From positions 1 to 25,585 of the forward strand of contig JAHJFW010000077.1 of assembly GCA_018824765.1 (NCBI GenBank): 25,585 bases of DNA. The letters run 5' to 3'. The notes below the pieces were generated by a model, which saw only the letters and a list, made by a program, of their open reading frames with translations, was not told the origin of the DNA and made no database searches. Below, piece by piece: positions 6,915-13,961 of this stretch. The position numbers and the translations under genes are program-made. The stretch comes from Patescibacteria group bacterium. GTDB lineage: Bacteria > Patescibacteriota > Patescibacteriia > 2-12-FULL-60-25. The stretch's first letter is position 1, and each line of letters starts with the position of its first letter.

Positions 6915-8456
6915 ATGACATTCTTTTATATTATTTTAGGGATTATTCTAGGATCGTTTTTTGGTTTTATAGCGGCCAAATCAATTGTCTCATCAAAAGG
7001 AAAAAAGCTCCAGCAGCTGGTTGATGAGGCTGAAGCCAAGGCTAAAAAATTGACTGCCGAAGCTGAAACCAAAGAAAAGGAGGTCTTAATCAAGGCAAAA
7101 GACAAAGCGGTAAAAATTCTGGAAGATGCGCGTTTGGAAGAAAAACGGGCGCTCGAAGAATTAAAAAAGCAACAGAACGCTCTCTCCGAAAAGGAGAATG
7201 TTTTTGGTACGAAATTATTGGAAATCGAGGACGCCCGCAAAGACATTGAAATTAAAAATTCCAAGCTGTTGGAGGACCAGCAAATCATCGAACAGATGAA
7301 ACAGGATGAAAGCGTCAAGCTGGAGGAAGTGGCCGGCTTGAACCAAGCAGAGGCACAAGAAAGGCTGTTGAAGCTGGTTGAAGAACAGAGCCAGGAGACT
7401 TTGATGTCGCGCGTCCGCAAATTGGAACAGATGGAATCGGAGGAAATTGACCGCAAAGCGAAAAATATACTGGCCGTGGCCATCCAGCGTTTGGCGTCCT
7501 CAACTGTCGTGGAAACAACAACCACGAACGTTGAACTGCCCAGCGACGAAATGAAGGGTCGCATAATCGGACGCGAAGGCCGGAACATCAAAGCCCTTGA
7601 ACTCTTAACCGGCTGCGAATTAATCGTGGATGATACACCCGGCATGATTACAATCTCCGGCTTCTCCCCCATCCGCCGACATGTGGCCAAACGCGCGCTG
7701 GACAAACTGATCGCCGATGGACGCATACACCCCGGCAGAATCGAAGAGGCTGTTGAAGAAGCTAAAAAAGAACTGGCGCTGGATATTAAAAAGGCTGGCG
7801 AAGACGCGCTGTTCCAACTTGGCATTGGCGTTGCCGGCATTGATCCCAAACTGGTGCAAATTCTAGGTCGCTTAAAATATCGAACTTCCCACGGCCAAAA
7901 TCAGCTGCAACATTCTACGGAAGTCGCTAATCTGGCCAGTTTGATGGCGGAACAATTGGGAGCGGATGTGACAATCTGTAAAAAAGGCGGGCTCTTCCAT
8001 GACATTGGAAAAGCTGTTGACCATGACTTGCAGGGCGGCCATCCGGAGCTCGGCTACCAAATCCTGAAAAAATTCGGATTCCCGGAAGAAATCTGCTATC
8101 AGTCGCTCGGCCATCATGAAGACAAACCGAAAACGCTGGAAGCGGTTATTGTGAAGGCGGCTGACGCCATCTCCGGCGCTCGGCCCGGAGCCCGGAAAGA
8201 GTCTCTGGAGTTTTACATCAAACGCTTGGAAGAGCTGGAAAACCTCGCCGCGGGCTTTGAAGGCGTGGAAAAAGTCTACGCCATCCAGGCTGGCCGCGAG
8301 ATTCGCGTCTTCGTTAATCCGAAAGAGATGGACGATTTCGGCGCAACAAAATTGGCGCGTGAAGTAGCCGCAAAAATCGAACAAGAATTAAAATACCCGG
8401 GTGAAGTGAGGGTAACCCTGATCCGCGAAACCAGAATCATCGAGTACGCACGGTAA
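6915..8456 (+). CDS. rny: Ribonuclease Y
   Basis: N-terminal TM helix, coiled coil, KH motif KGRIIGREGRNI, HD motif FHDIGKA, DAISGARPGAR. Start placed at MTFFY (6915). Confidence 0.98.
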   Translation: MTFFYIILGIILGSFFGFIAAKSIVSSKGKKLQQLVDEAEAKAKKLTAEAETKEKEVLIKAKDKAVKILEDARLEEKRALEELKKQQNALSEKENVFGTKLLEIEDARKDIEIKNSKLLEDQQIIEQMKQDESVKLEEVAGLNQAEAQERLLKLVEEQSQETLMSRVRKLEQMESEEIDRKAKNILAVAIQRLASSTVVETTTTNVELPSDEMKGRIIGREGRNIKALELLTGCELIVDDTPGMITISGFSPIRRHVAKRALDKLIADGRIHPGRIEEAVEEAKKELALDIKKAGEDALFQLGIGVAGIDPKLVQILGRLKYRTSHGQNQLQHSTEVANLASLMAEQLGADVTICKKGGLFHDIGKAVDHDLQGGHPELGYQILKKFGFPEEICYQSLGHHEDKPKTLEAVIVKAADAISGARPGARKESLEFYIKRLEELENLAAGFEGVEKVYAIQAGREIRVFVNPKEMDDFGATKLAREVAAKIEQELKYPGEVRVTLIRETRIIEYAR

Positions 8457-8460
8457 AAAA

Positions 8461-8580
8461 AGAATCTAGAATCTGGAATCTAGGTTTGGGAAGACGCAGG
8501 ACATAGGACGTGAGACCCCGCAATGGGCACTAAAAACTTTTATTCCCATTCGTCATTCGGATTTCATAATTCGTCATTCC
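8461..8580. repeat. Three adjacent degenerate heptamer tracts in the rny-hup spacer
   Basis: AGAATCT AGAATCT GGAATCT (8461-8481); AAGACGC AGGACAT AGGACGT GAGACCC (8491-8518); TTCCCAT TCGTCAT TCGGATT TCATAAT TCGTCAT (8543-8577). Confidence 0.6.
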
Positions 8581-8592
8581 TTACTTCCCCGC

Positions 8593-8621
8593 TTGCCCTG
8601 ATGCGAAAAAAGGTTTACGCT
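8593..8621 (+). promoter_or_regulatory. Possible sigma70 promoter for hup
   Basis: TTGCCC, 17 nt, TACGCT. Confidence 0.4.
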
Positions 8622-8655
8622 TAATTAAATCCCTTTTATTATTAACGCAAAACCT

Positions 8656-8964
8656 ATGAATAAGGCAGAGCTTATCAGCGTCATTGCCGAAAAAATAGGC
8701 GTGACCAAAAAACAAGCCGAAGACATGGTCGAGTGCTTTGTCGACATTGTCACGGAAACTCTAAAAAAAGGAGGCGAGGTAACGATCGCCAGTTTTGGCA
8801 CTTTTTCCGCCAAACGACGCGCCGGACGCATGGGCGTCAATCCGCAAAACCCGTCAGAAAAGATTCAAATAAAAGCTGTTACAGTTCCCAAATTCAAAGC
8901 TGGCAAAGGTTTAAAGGATGCGCTGAAACACTCGCCTGAAGCGGAGGAACCGGCGGCAATGTAA
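8656..8964 (+). CDS. hup: HU family DNA-binding protein
   Basis: MNKAELISVIAEK...GEVTIASFGTF...R.GVNPQ....IQI....VPKFKAGKGLKDA. Confidence 0.96.
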   Translation: MNKAELISVIAEKIGVTKKQAEDMVECFVDIVTETLKKGGEVTIASFGTFSAKRRAGRMGVNPQNPSEKIQIKAVTVPKFKAGKGLKDALKHSPEAEEPAAM

Positions 8965-8975
8965 AGAGGTTCCTG

Positions 8976-9007
8976 AAAAAACTTCCGGTCTCGCGCCGGC
9001 GGTTTTT
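8976..9007 (+). terminator. Weak terminator-like hairpin after hup
   Basis: AAAAAC-TT-CCGG-TCTCGCG-CCGG-CG-GTTTTT. Confidence 0.4.
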
Positions 9008-9085
9008 ATTTTTGCATGGAAGGAAAATTTTACTGCCGAAGCAATATAATTTTTTCTAGGTGATTTTTTATGCTATTCTATTTCT

Positions 9086-10141
9086 ATGCCGCCAAACAAT
9101 AATTCGCTTATACACAAACTATTCGGGCAAGCAGTTTCTTCAAAAGCTTCCGATGTCCACATACACACCGGCGAAAGGCCGATCTTTAGAATACAAGGCG
9201 ACTTGAAAGCGCTTAAAAACGAGGCTGCAGTCGAGGAAAAAAACTTATTGGCTGACATAAAAAAAATACTGCCTGCGAATAAATTCGAAGCTTTTGAAAA
9301 AAAACACGACATTGATGCTTCTGTCGAACTGGAGGATCGCAACAGGTTTCGCATCAACTTTTATTGGACGAAAGGCAAGCCAGGTTTAGCGGCGCGTTTG
9401 ATTCCAGCTGCCATTCCTAAGCTTGAATCACTGGATGCACCGGAAGTGACGGATGAATTCGTAAAACTCACTCAAGGTCTTGTGCTCGTTGCCGGACCGA
9501 CGGGCGCAGGCAAATCAACCCTGCTCGCCAGCATGTTGGAGCACATCAACCAGAATCGCGTCGAGCATATCGTTACATTGGAAGATCCGATTGAATTCGT
9601 TTACGAATCCAAAAAAAGCTTGGTTACGCAGCGCGAATTGGGGCTTGATTTTTTGACTTTTGCAGAAGGCCTCAAACATGTGTTCAGACAGGATCCGGAT
9701 ATTGTTCTGGTTGGCGAAATGCGCGATCCGGAATCAATCTCATTGGCTTTGACTTTGGCTGAAACCGGACATTTGGTGTTGACGACTCTGCATACTAACG
9801 GCGCCGCGCAAACAGTTGAGCGCATAATCGATTCATTCCCGGGCGCGCAACAGCAGCAAATCAGGCTTCAGCTCTCACTTATGCTGAAGGGCGTAATTTC
9901 ACAGCTGCTTCTGCCGAGTTTGGACAACAGGCTCATACCGGTCCATGAAGTTTTGATAAATACGCATGCGGTCTCCAATCTGATAAGAGAGGGACGAACC
10001 GAACAATTACAAAATACGATCTTCACCTCCAAAGACGAGCACATGGTTGATCTGGATCAAGAATTGCAGTGGCTGGTAAAAGAAAAAATAATAAGTCCGG
10101 ATGTTGCGCTTATCCACGCGCATAATCCGAAGAATTTTTAG
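9086..10141 (+). CDS. pilT: Type IV pilus retraction ATPase PilT
   Basis: SDVHI, Walker A GPTGAGKST, EDPIE, RQDPDIVLVGEMRD, AETGHLVLTTLH, and an AIRNLIRE-like motif AVSNLIRE. Confidence 0.92.
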   Translation: MPPNNNSLIHKLFGQAVSSKASDVHIHTGERPIFRIQGDLKALKNEAAVEEKNLLADIKKILPANKFEAFEKKHDIDASVELEDRNRFRINFYWTKGKPGLAARLIPAAIPKLESLDAPEVTDEFVKLTQGLVLVAGPTGAGKSTLLASMLEHINQNRVEHIVTLEDPIEFVYESKKSLVTQRELGLDFLTFAEGLKHVFRQDPDIVLVGEMRDPESISLALTLAETGHLVLTTLHTNGAAQTVERIIDSFPGAQQQQIRLQLSLMLKGVISQLLLPSLDNRLIPVHEVLINTHAVSNLIREGRTEQLQNTIFTSKDEHMVDLDQELQWLVKEKIISPDVALIHAHNPKNF

Positions 10142-10222
10142 ATCCGCTTTTTTTGAATTTATGCCTGCGTTTACAGATTCGGAGGCAAAGATTCTGTTCG
10201 CGCTGCGGAAAAAAGAGAACTT

Positions 10223-11221
10223 CTATTTGATAAACTTCACTTCAAAACCCAATAAAGATCCCTTCATGCAAAACCAATCATTCGAACCGCCAACGCTCCC
10301 TAAAACCGCCTTGTGCGCCGTTGCATTACTGTCGGAAAAAATCGAAGGACACCAGCGCAAATAGTCGGGTTTCAAATTCGACGTCTCATTGTCAACCGGT
10401 TTTACGCTTTGCATAAGATAATATATATTCGGATCTGCAGGCGTGGCAGTAAACACGTTGTCGCCGTATTTCCGGTTATTCCACAGATAACCGCCGACCT
10501 TGTCTAATGATGCATCGGTCAACAATTCTATTTTTACAGACATCGATTGCGGCGCAAGATCAATTACAAGTTCGACATCCGCAGATAATGTAATGGTGTT
10601 CTGATTTCCGAGTTTGAATTCTTTATCTTTCGCTGTTACGACCACAATAAACTCCTCATCATCCACATCTGGTTTTGGGACGGAAATTATACTCTCTGAA
10701 TCCCCTTTCCCAACATGGAATATTTGTTTTGTCCCTGTTGCTCGATAGGCGACAATTGAAAGCGGCGTAAGCGACGTTGCGGTCTCTGAAAATCCTGCCA
10801 AACTGAATTTCGACAGCTTCAAACCCCTGGTCACAGTCAGCGAATAAACCAGCTGTTTTATAGTCACGTCCCCAAATTGTTCCTGTTGCTGTAGAGGAGT
10901 TGCGCTGAATGAAAACAGTTTGACGTTCTGTGTCGATCCGCTGCTTTTTAGGGAAACTAAAATAGGGGCAAGGGATCGGGCAAGCAAAGGCTCATTCTCC
11001 GCCTTTGGCATAATGATTGGCCTTGAAGCCTCTGGCGATACTTCGACGACATTAACCGCTACTGGCGGTGGAGCGATTTTGGTTTGCAGCCTTGTTATAA
11101 AACCATAGCCGTAGCTGTACCCGTATGCCGCAAGCCCCATTAGGGCAATTGCCGTTACTCCGATTAAAATGCGAGTGGAGGTTTTGGACGCAACGCGCGT
11201 CTTAGTTCTTGTTTTTGGCAT
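10223..11221 (-). CDS. Hypothetical membrane-anchored or secreted protein
   Basis: 332-aa ORF filling the gap between pilT and proS. Basic N-terminus plus one hydrophobic segment, then a beta-rich region. Confidence 0.8.
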   Translation of the reverse strand: MPKTRTKTRVASKTSTRILIGVTAIALMGLAAYGYSYGYGFITRLQTKIAPPPVAVNVVEVSPEASRPIIMPKAENEPLLARSLAPILVSLKSSGSTQNVKLFSFSATPLQQQEQFGDVTIKQLVYSLTVTRGLKLSKFSLAGFSETATSLTPLSIVAYRATGTKQIFHVGKGDSESIISVPKPDVDDEEFIVVVTAKDKEFKLGNQNTITLSADVELVIDLAPQSMSVKIELLTDASLDKVGGYLWNNRKYGDNVFTATPADPNIYYLMQSVKPVDNETSNLKPDYLRWCPSIFSDSNATAHKAVLGSVGGSNDWFCMKGSLLGFEVKFIK

Positions 11222-11293
11222 ATAAAAAAATCAAAAAAATAAAACCGGTATGGATTGTACCATAGCAACATATAAGTAAAAACCCTCTCCTTT

Positions 11294-12568
11294 CTACTCT
11301 TCCGCGGCAAACGCAATCACTTCATCGCGTATATCCTGCACAGTCACCAGCGACGATGTTTTTTCTTGCCGCAATTTCCACTCGAATGCATTGTCTTTTA
11401 AAGTCTTCTCCGAAATTATCAAACGCAAAGGAAATCCGAGAAGATCCGCGTCCACCAACTTCTCTCCGGCGCTCACATCTGTGCGGTTATCCCACAAAAC
11501 TTCAATCCCCTCTTTTTCCAAATCATCATAAAGCCCCTCTGCCGTTTCACGAATGCGCGCCTGCAAACTTGCGTCTTTTGACGACAATGAAACCAGATGG
11601 ACTGCCATGGGCGCGACGGATTTCGGCCAAATGATACCGCGATCGTCATGCGACGCCTCAACAATGGCGCCCACCAGCCGCGTAATTCCGATGCCAAAAC
11701 ACCCCATATACACCAACTGCTTTTCGCCGTCTTCAGTAGTTACTTCGACATTAAAGGCCTCGGCAAATTTATGTCCCAGATCAAAGATATTGCCGATCTC
11801 GATCCCTTTTGTCATGCCAAGTGCGGCGCCGCATTCAGGACAGGAGCCGCCTTTTTTCACCGTCGCGATTTCCGCGTTTCGCGCAAAACTGCATGCTGTA
11901 CACGCTAAAATGTTATCTTCTCCCGCCGGTGTTTCCAAATGAAATTCGTGGGAAAACTTTTTGGAAAAATCACCGCCCGACGCCTCCGTAACTTTCGCGC
12001 GAATGCCGCACCGCCCAAAGACCCGCATATACGCCTCCATGGCGCGTCCATAAAAATCCTCCAAATCTTCTTGCGACAAATGAAATGAATACAAATCCTT
12101 CATTCCAAACTCACGCCCGCGCAAAACGCCGCTCTTAGCCCGCAACTCGTCGCGGTATTTTGTCTGAATCTGGTATACCGCCAATGGCAAATCCTTGTAA
12201 GATGAAATAAACGACTTTACGAGGGGTGTCACAATCTCTTCATGCGTGGCCCCTAGCGCAAATTCTTTTTTCGTCTGGCTCTTAAGCTTAAACAACACAT
12301 CAACCGTGTCCCAGCGGCCGGTCGTCATCCAATTCTCTTTCGGTTGAAGGCCGGGCATCAAGATCTCTTGCGCACCCAAGGCATCCATTTCCTCACGAAT
12401 AATCGCTTCCACCTTCCGCAACGTTTTAAGCCCCAACGGCAGCCATGAATAAACCCCGGCCATTTCTTGATGCACAAATCCGCCCTGCACCAGCAGTTTG
12501 GCATTCGCGGATTCGGCGTCGTGCGGCGGCTCTTTCGCGGTCTTTGTAAAAAGTTGTGTCATTCTCAT
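11294..12568 (-). CDS. proS: Proline--tRNA ligase, bacterial type lacking the INS editing domain
   Basis: MRMTQLFTKT, GGF...AGVYSWLPLG, LGATHEE, YQIQTKYRDELR.KSGVLRGREFGMKDLYSF, MGCFGIGITRLVGA. Start placed at 12568. Confidence 0.97.
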   Translation of the reverse strand: MRMTQLFTKTAKEPPHDAESANAKLLVQGGFVHQEMAGVYSWLPLGLKTLRKVEAIIREEMDALGAQEILMPGLQPKENWMTTGRWDTVDVLFKLKSQTKKEFALGATHEEIVTPLVKSFISSYKDLPLAVYQIQTKYRDELRAKSGVLRGREFGMKDLYSFHLSQEDLEDFYGRAMEAYMRVFGRCGIRAKVTEASGGDFSKKFSHEFHLETPAGEDNILACTACSFARNAEIATVKKGGSCPECGAALGMTKGIEIGNIFDLGHKFAEAFNVEVTTEDGEKQLVYMGCFGIGITRLVGAIVEASHDDRGIIWPKSVAPMAVHLVSLSSKDASLQARIRETAEGLYDDLEKEGIEVLWDNRTDVSAGEKLVDADLLGFPLRLIISEKTLKDNAFEWKLRQEKTSSLVTVQDIRDEVIAFAAEE

Positions 12569-12624
12569 ATTCCGCAATACTATCGCAAAAGAGAGCATTA
12601 GTGGCAAGTCATTTTCGCGTATAT

Positions 12625-12649
12625 AAAAAAACCGGTGGTAGCACCGGTT
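12625..12649 (-). terminator. Intrinsic terminator after the Zn-finger gene
   Basis: Minus strand reads AACCGGTG-CTAC-CACCGGTT followed by a T run. Confidence 0.7.
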
Positions 12650-12674
12650 GAGATCGGACTTCGCGACACAAGCG

Positions 12675-13001
12675 TCAACGCAACTTCAACTCGTAGCTTT
12701 TTTTGAAGAAACGGGGCTTTTGGTTTCGTCGCGCAAAACGCCGACTGCAAACATTGCAGATCTGCTCGGAGTGCAAGTTGTACCTAGAGATGATAGTGCC
12801 GCACATGCGGCCATCGTCCAGCAAGGCTTTGCAGGGTTTTCCGGCAAAACCTTCTTTTGGCCTTGCAACACGCACATGCGCATGATCGTCGCTGCCGGAT
12901 TCATCGGCTTGCGCGCAATCTTCATCTTCATCCGAGTCCGCATCCTGCTCCTCAATCTCATCAACCGGATTGATGACGAACTGGGTTGTGACAAACGGCA
13001 T
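12675..13001 (-). CDS. Small hypothetical protein with acidic N-terminus, putative 4-Cys Zn finger and basic tail
   Basis: Preceded by GAGGAGG (13012-13006) and a good promoter, followed by a terminator. Contains PCKALLDDGRMCGTIISRYNLHSEQICNVC. Confidence 0.7.
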   Translation of the reverse strand: MPFVTTQFVINPVDEIEEQDADSDEDEDCAQADESGSDDHAHVRVARPKEGFAGKPCKALLDDGRMCGTIISRYNLHSEQICNVCSRRFARRNQKPRFFKKSYELKLR

Positions 13002-13041
13002 GCGTCCTCCTCGCTTGCATTAGAAAAGAACGGGAGCAAGA

Positions 13042-13070
13042 AGAATATTTTTTCTTCAAGGAATTGTCAA
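13042..13070 (-). promoter_or_regulatory. Sigma70 promoter for the Zn-finger gene
   Basis: TTGACA (13070-13065), 17 nt, TATTCT (13047-13042). Confidence 0.75.
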
Positions 13071-13102
13071 GGACAAGATTTCCATCGTGCCAGACAAATG
13101 CC

Positions 13103-13140
13103 ATTATCAAAAATTTCCCGATCGGGAAATTTTTGATAAT
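13103..13140. repeat. 38-bp ATTATCA...TGATAAT palindrome, copy 3, abutting the tRNA-Arg 3' end
   Basis: ATTATCAAAAATTTCCC-GATC-GGGAAATTTTTGATAAT; extends to a perfect 42-bp palindrome at 13101-13142. Confidence 0.9.
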
Positions 13141-13214
13141 GGTGCACCCGCCAAGAATCGAACTTGGATCTCGGGCTTCGGAGGCCCGCATTCTATCCGT
13201 TGAAATACGGGTGC
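13140..13214 (-). tRNA. tRNA-Arg(CCG) with encoded CCA
   Basis: GCACCCGTATTTCAACGGATAGAATGCGGGCCTCCGAAGCCCGAGATCCAAGTTCGATTCTTGGCGGGTGCACCA; full cloverleaf, anticodon CCG. Confidence 0.97.
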
Positions 13215-13227
13215 TAAAAACGGAAGG

Positions 13228-13256
13228 AGCATAGCGGAAAACATCAATTGCTACAA
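13228..13256 (-). promoter_or_regulatory. Promoter for tRNA-Arg
   Basis: TTGTAG, 17 nt, TATGCT, 13 nt before the tRNA. Confidence 0.55.
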
Positions 13257-13266
13257 GGTGAATCAC

Positions 13267-13296
13267 TTGACTACGGGCACTAAATTCCTTTATTAT
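13267..13296 (+). promoter_or_regulatory. Promoter for the repeat plus tRNA-Lys transcript
   Basis: TTGACT (13267-13272), 18 nt, TATTAT (13291-13296). Confidence 0.6.
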
Positions 13297-13323
13297 CCAT
13301 AAGCTTCATAAAAATGAAATATT

Positions 13324-13487
13324 GCGTCGGTAATCGGCAGAGCCTCTTGCCGACGCGGCGTTCGGTCCATATGGTAGAGTAAACTCTCCCGCATTTCCCT
13401 CACTTGCGTCGGTAATCGGCAGAGCCTCTTGCCGACGCGGCGTTCGGTCCATATGGTAGAGTAAACTCTCCCGCATTTCCCTCACTT
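13324..13487 (+). repeat. Two identical 82-bp tandem units, each starting with a collapsed tRNA-Lys hairpin
   Basis: GCGTCGGTAATCGGCAGAGCCTCTTGCCGACGCGGCGTTCGGTCCATATGGTAGAGTAAACTCTCCCGCATTTCCCTCACTT at 13324 and 13406. The tRNA starts exactly one period later, at 13488. Confidence 0.95.
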
Positions 13488-13563
13488 GCGTCGGTAGCTC
13501 AATTGGCAGAGCAGGGGCCTCTTAAGCCCAAGGTTCTGGGTTCGATTCCCAGCCGACGCACCA
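13488..13563 (+). tRNA. tRNA-Lys(CTT) with encoded CCA
   Basis: GCGTCGGTAGCTCAATTGGCAGAGCAGGGGCCTCTTAAGCCCAAGGTTCTGGGTTCGATTCCCAGCCGACGCACCA; 76 nt, anticodon CTT. Confidence 0.97.
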
Positions 13564-13594
13564 AAAAAACAATGACAAACGTCGTTGTTTTTTT
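13563..13594 (+). terminator. Terminator after tRNA-Lys
   Basis: AAAAAAACAATGAC-AAAC-GTCGTTGTTTTTTT. Confidence 0.7.
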
Positions 13595-13643
13595 AATAAA
13601 GAAGCTTGGAATCGAGGGGTATTCTAAAAATAATTCTCCCGAT

Positions 13644-13675
13644 AAAAAAACCGGACGTTCTGTCCGGCTTTTTTT
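13644..13675 (-). terminator. Bidirectional-type terminator after the DUF378 gene
   Basis: A7-CCGGAC-GTTCT-GTCCGG-C-T7. Confidence 0.7.
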
Positions 13676-13679
13676 AATC

Positions 13680-13901
13680 TCACATCTTCTTTTCTCCGCC
13701 CCCTTTGGCTTTGCAGGAGCCGCCGAACAACATTACCAAAGCTGACAACCCGACGAGGATATACACAACCCTCACGAGCGTTGGCCATAACCCGAAAATC
13801 AGATTGACAAGATCCAAATCAAAGGCTCCGACCAGCCCCCAATTTAATGCGCCTACGATCACGAGGATCCAGGCGACTTTTTGTAATAAGCCTGTCTTCA
13901 T
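13680..13901 (-). CDS. DUF378 family small membrane protein
   Basis: LVIVGALNWGLVG.F..DLV..IFG......RVVYILVGLSAL signature. Start placed at MKTGLL. Confidence 0.9.
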   Translation of the reverse strand: MKTGLLQKVAWILVIVGALNWGLVGAFDLDLVNLIFGLWPTLVRVVYILVGLSALVMLFGGSCKAKGGGEKKM

Positions 13902-13961
13902 AAAAAAATAAAACAATGAATTAATCTGCAATTCATTATAGCATTTTTAAGCCCTAGGCTG

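Noticed and set aside
10101-10364. Small ORF spanning the pilT / hypothetical junction
   Set aside because: It overlaps both convergent genes and has no recognisable motif or ribosome-binding signal.
13206-13284. Near-repeat TACGGGTGCTAAA / TACGGGCACTAAA as a degenerate second tRNA-Arg
   Set aside because: Only the 5' acceptor-like part is present, with no matching 3' strand or T arm, and it overlaps the spacer of the tRNA-Lys promoter. The shared GGGCACTAAA near 8525 is expected by chance in 25 kb.
13324-13487. 82-bp units as a CRISPR array
   Set aside because: The putative spacers are identical, the repeat derives from the adjacent tRNA, and no cas genes are nearby.
13101-13600. Prophage or integrative element at the tRNA pair
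   Set aside because: No integrase, no duplicated tRNA 3' end acting as attL/attR in the window, and the flanking genes are cellular.
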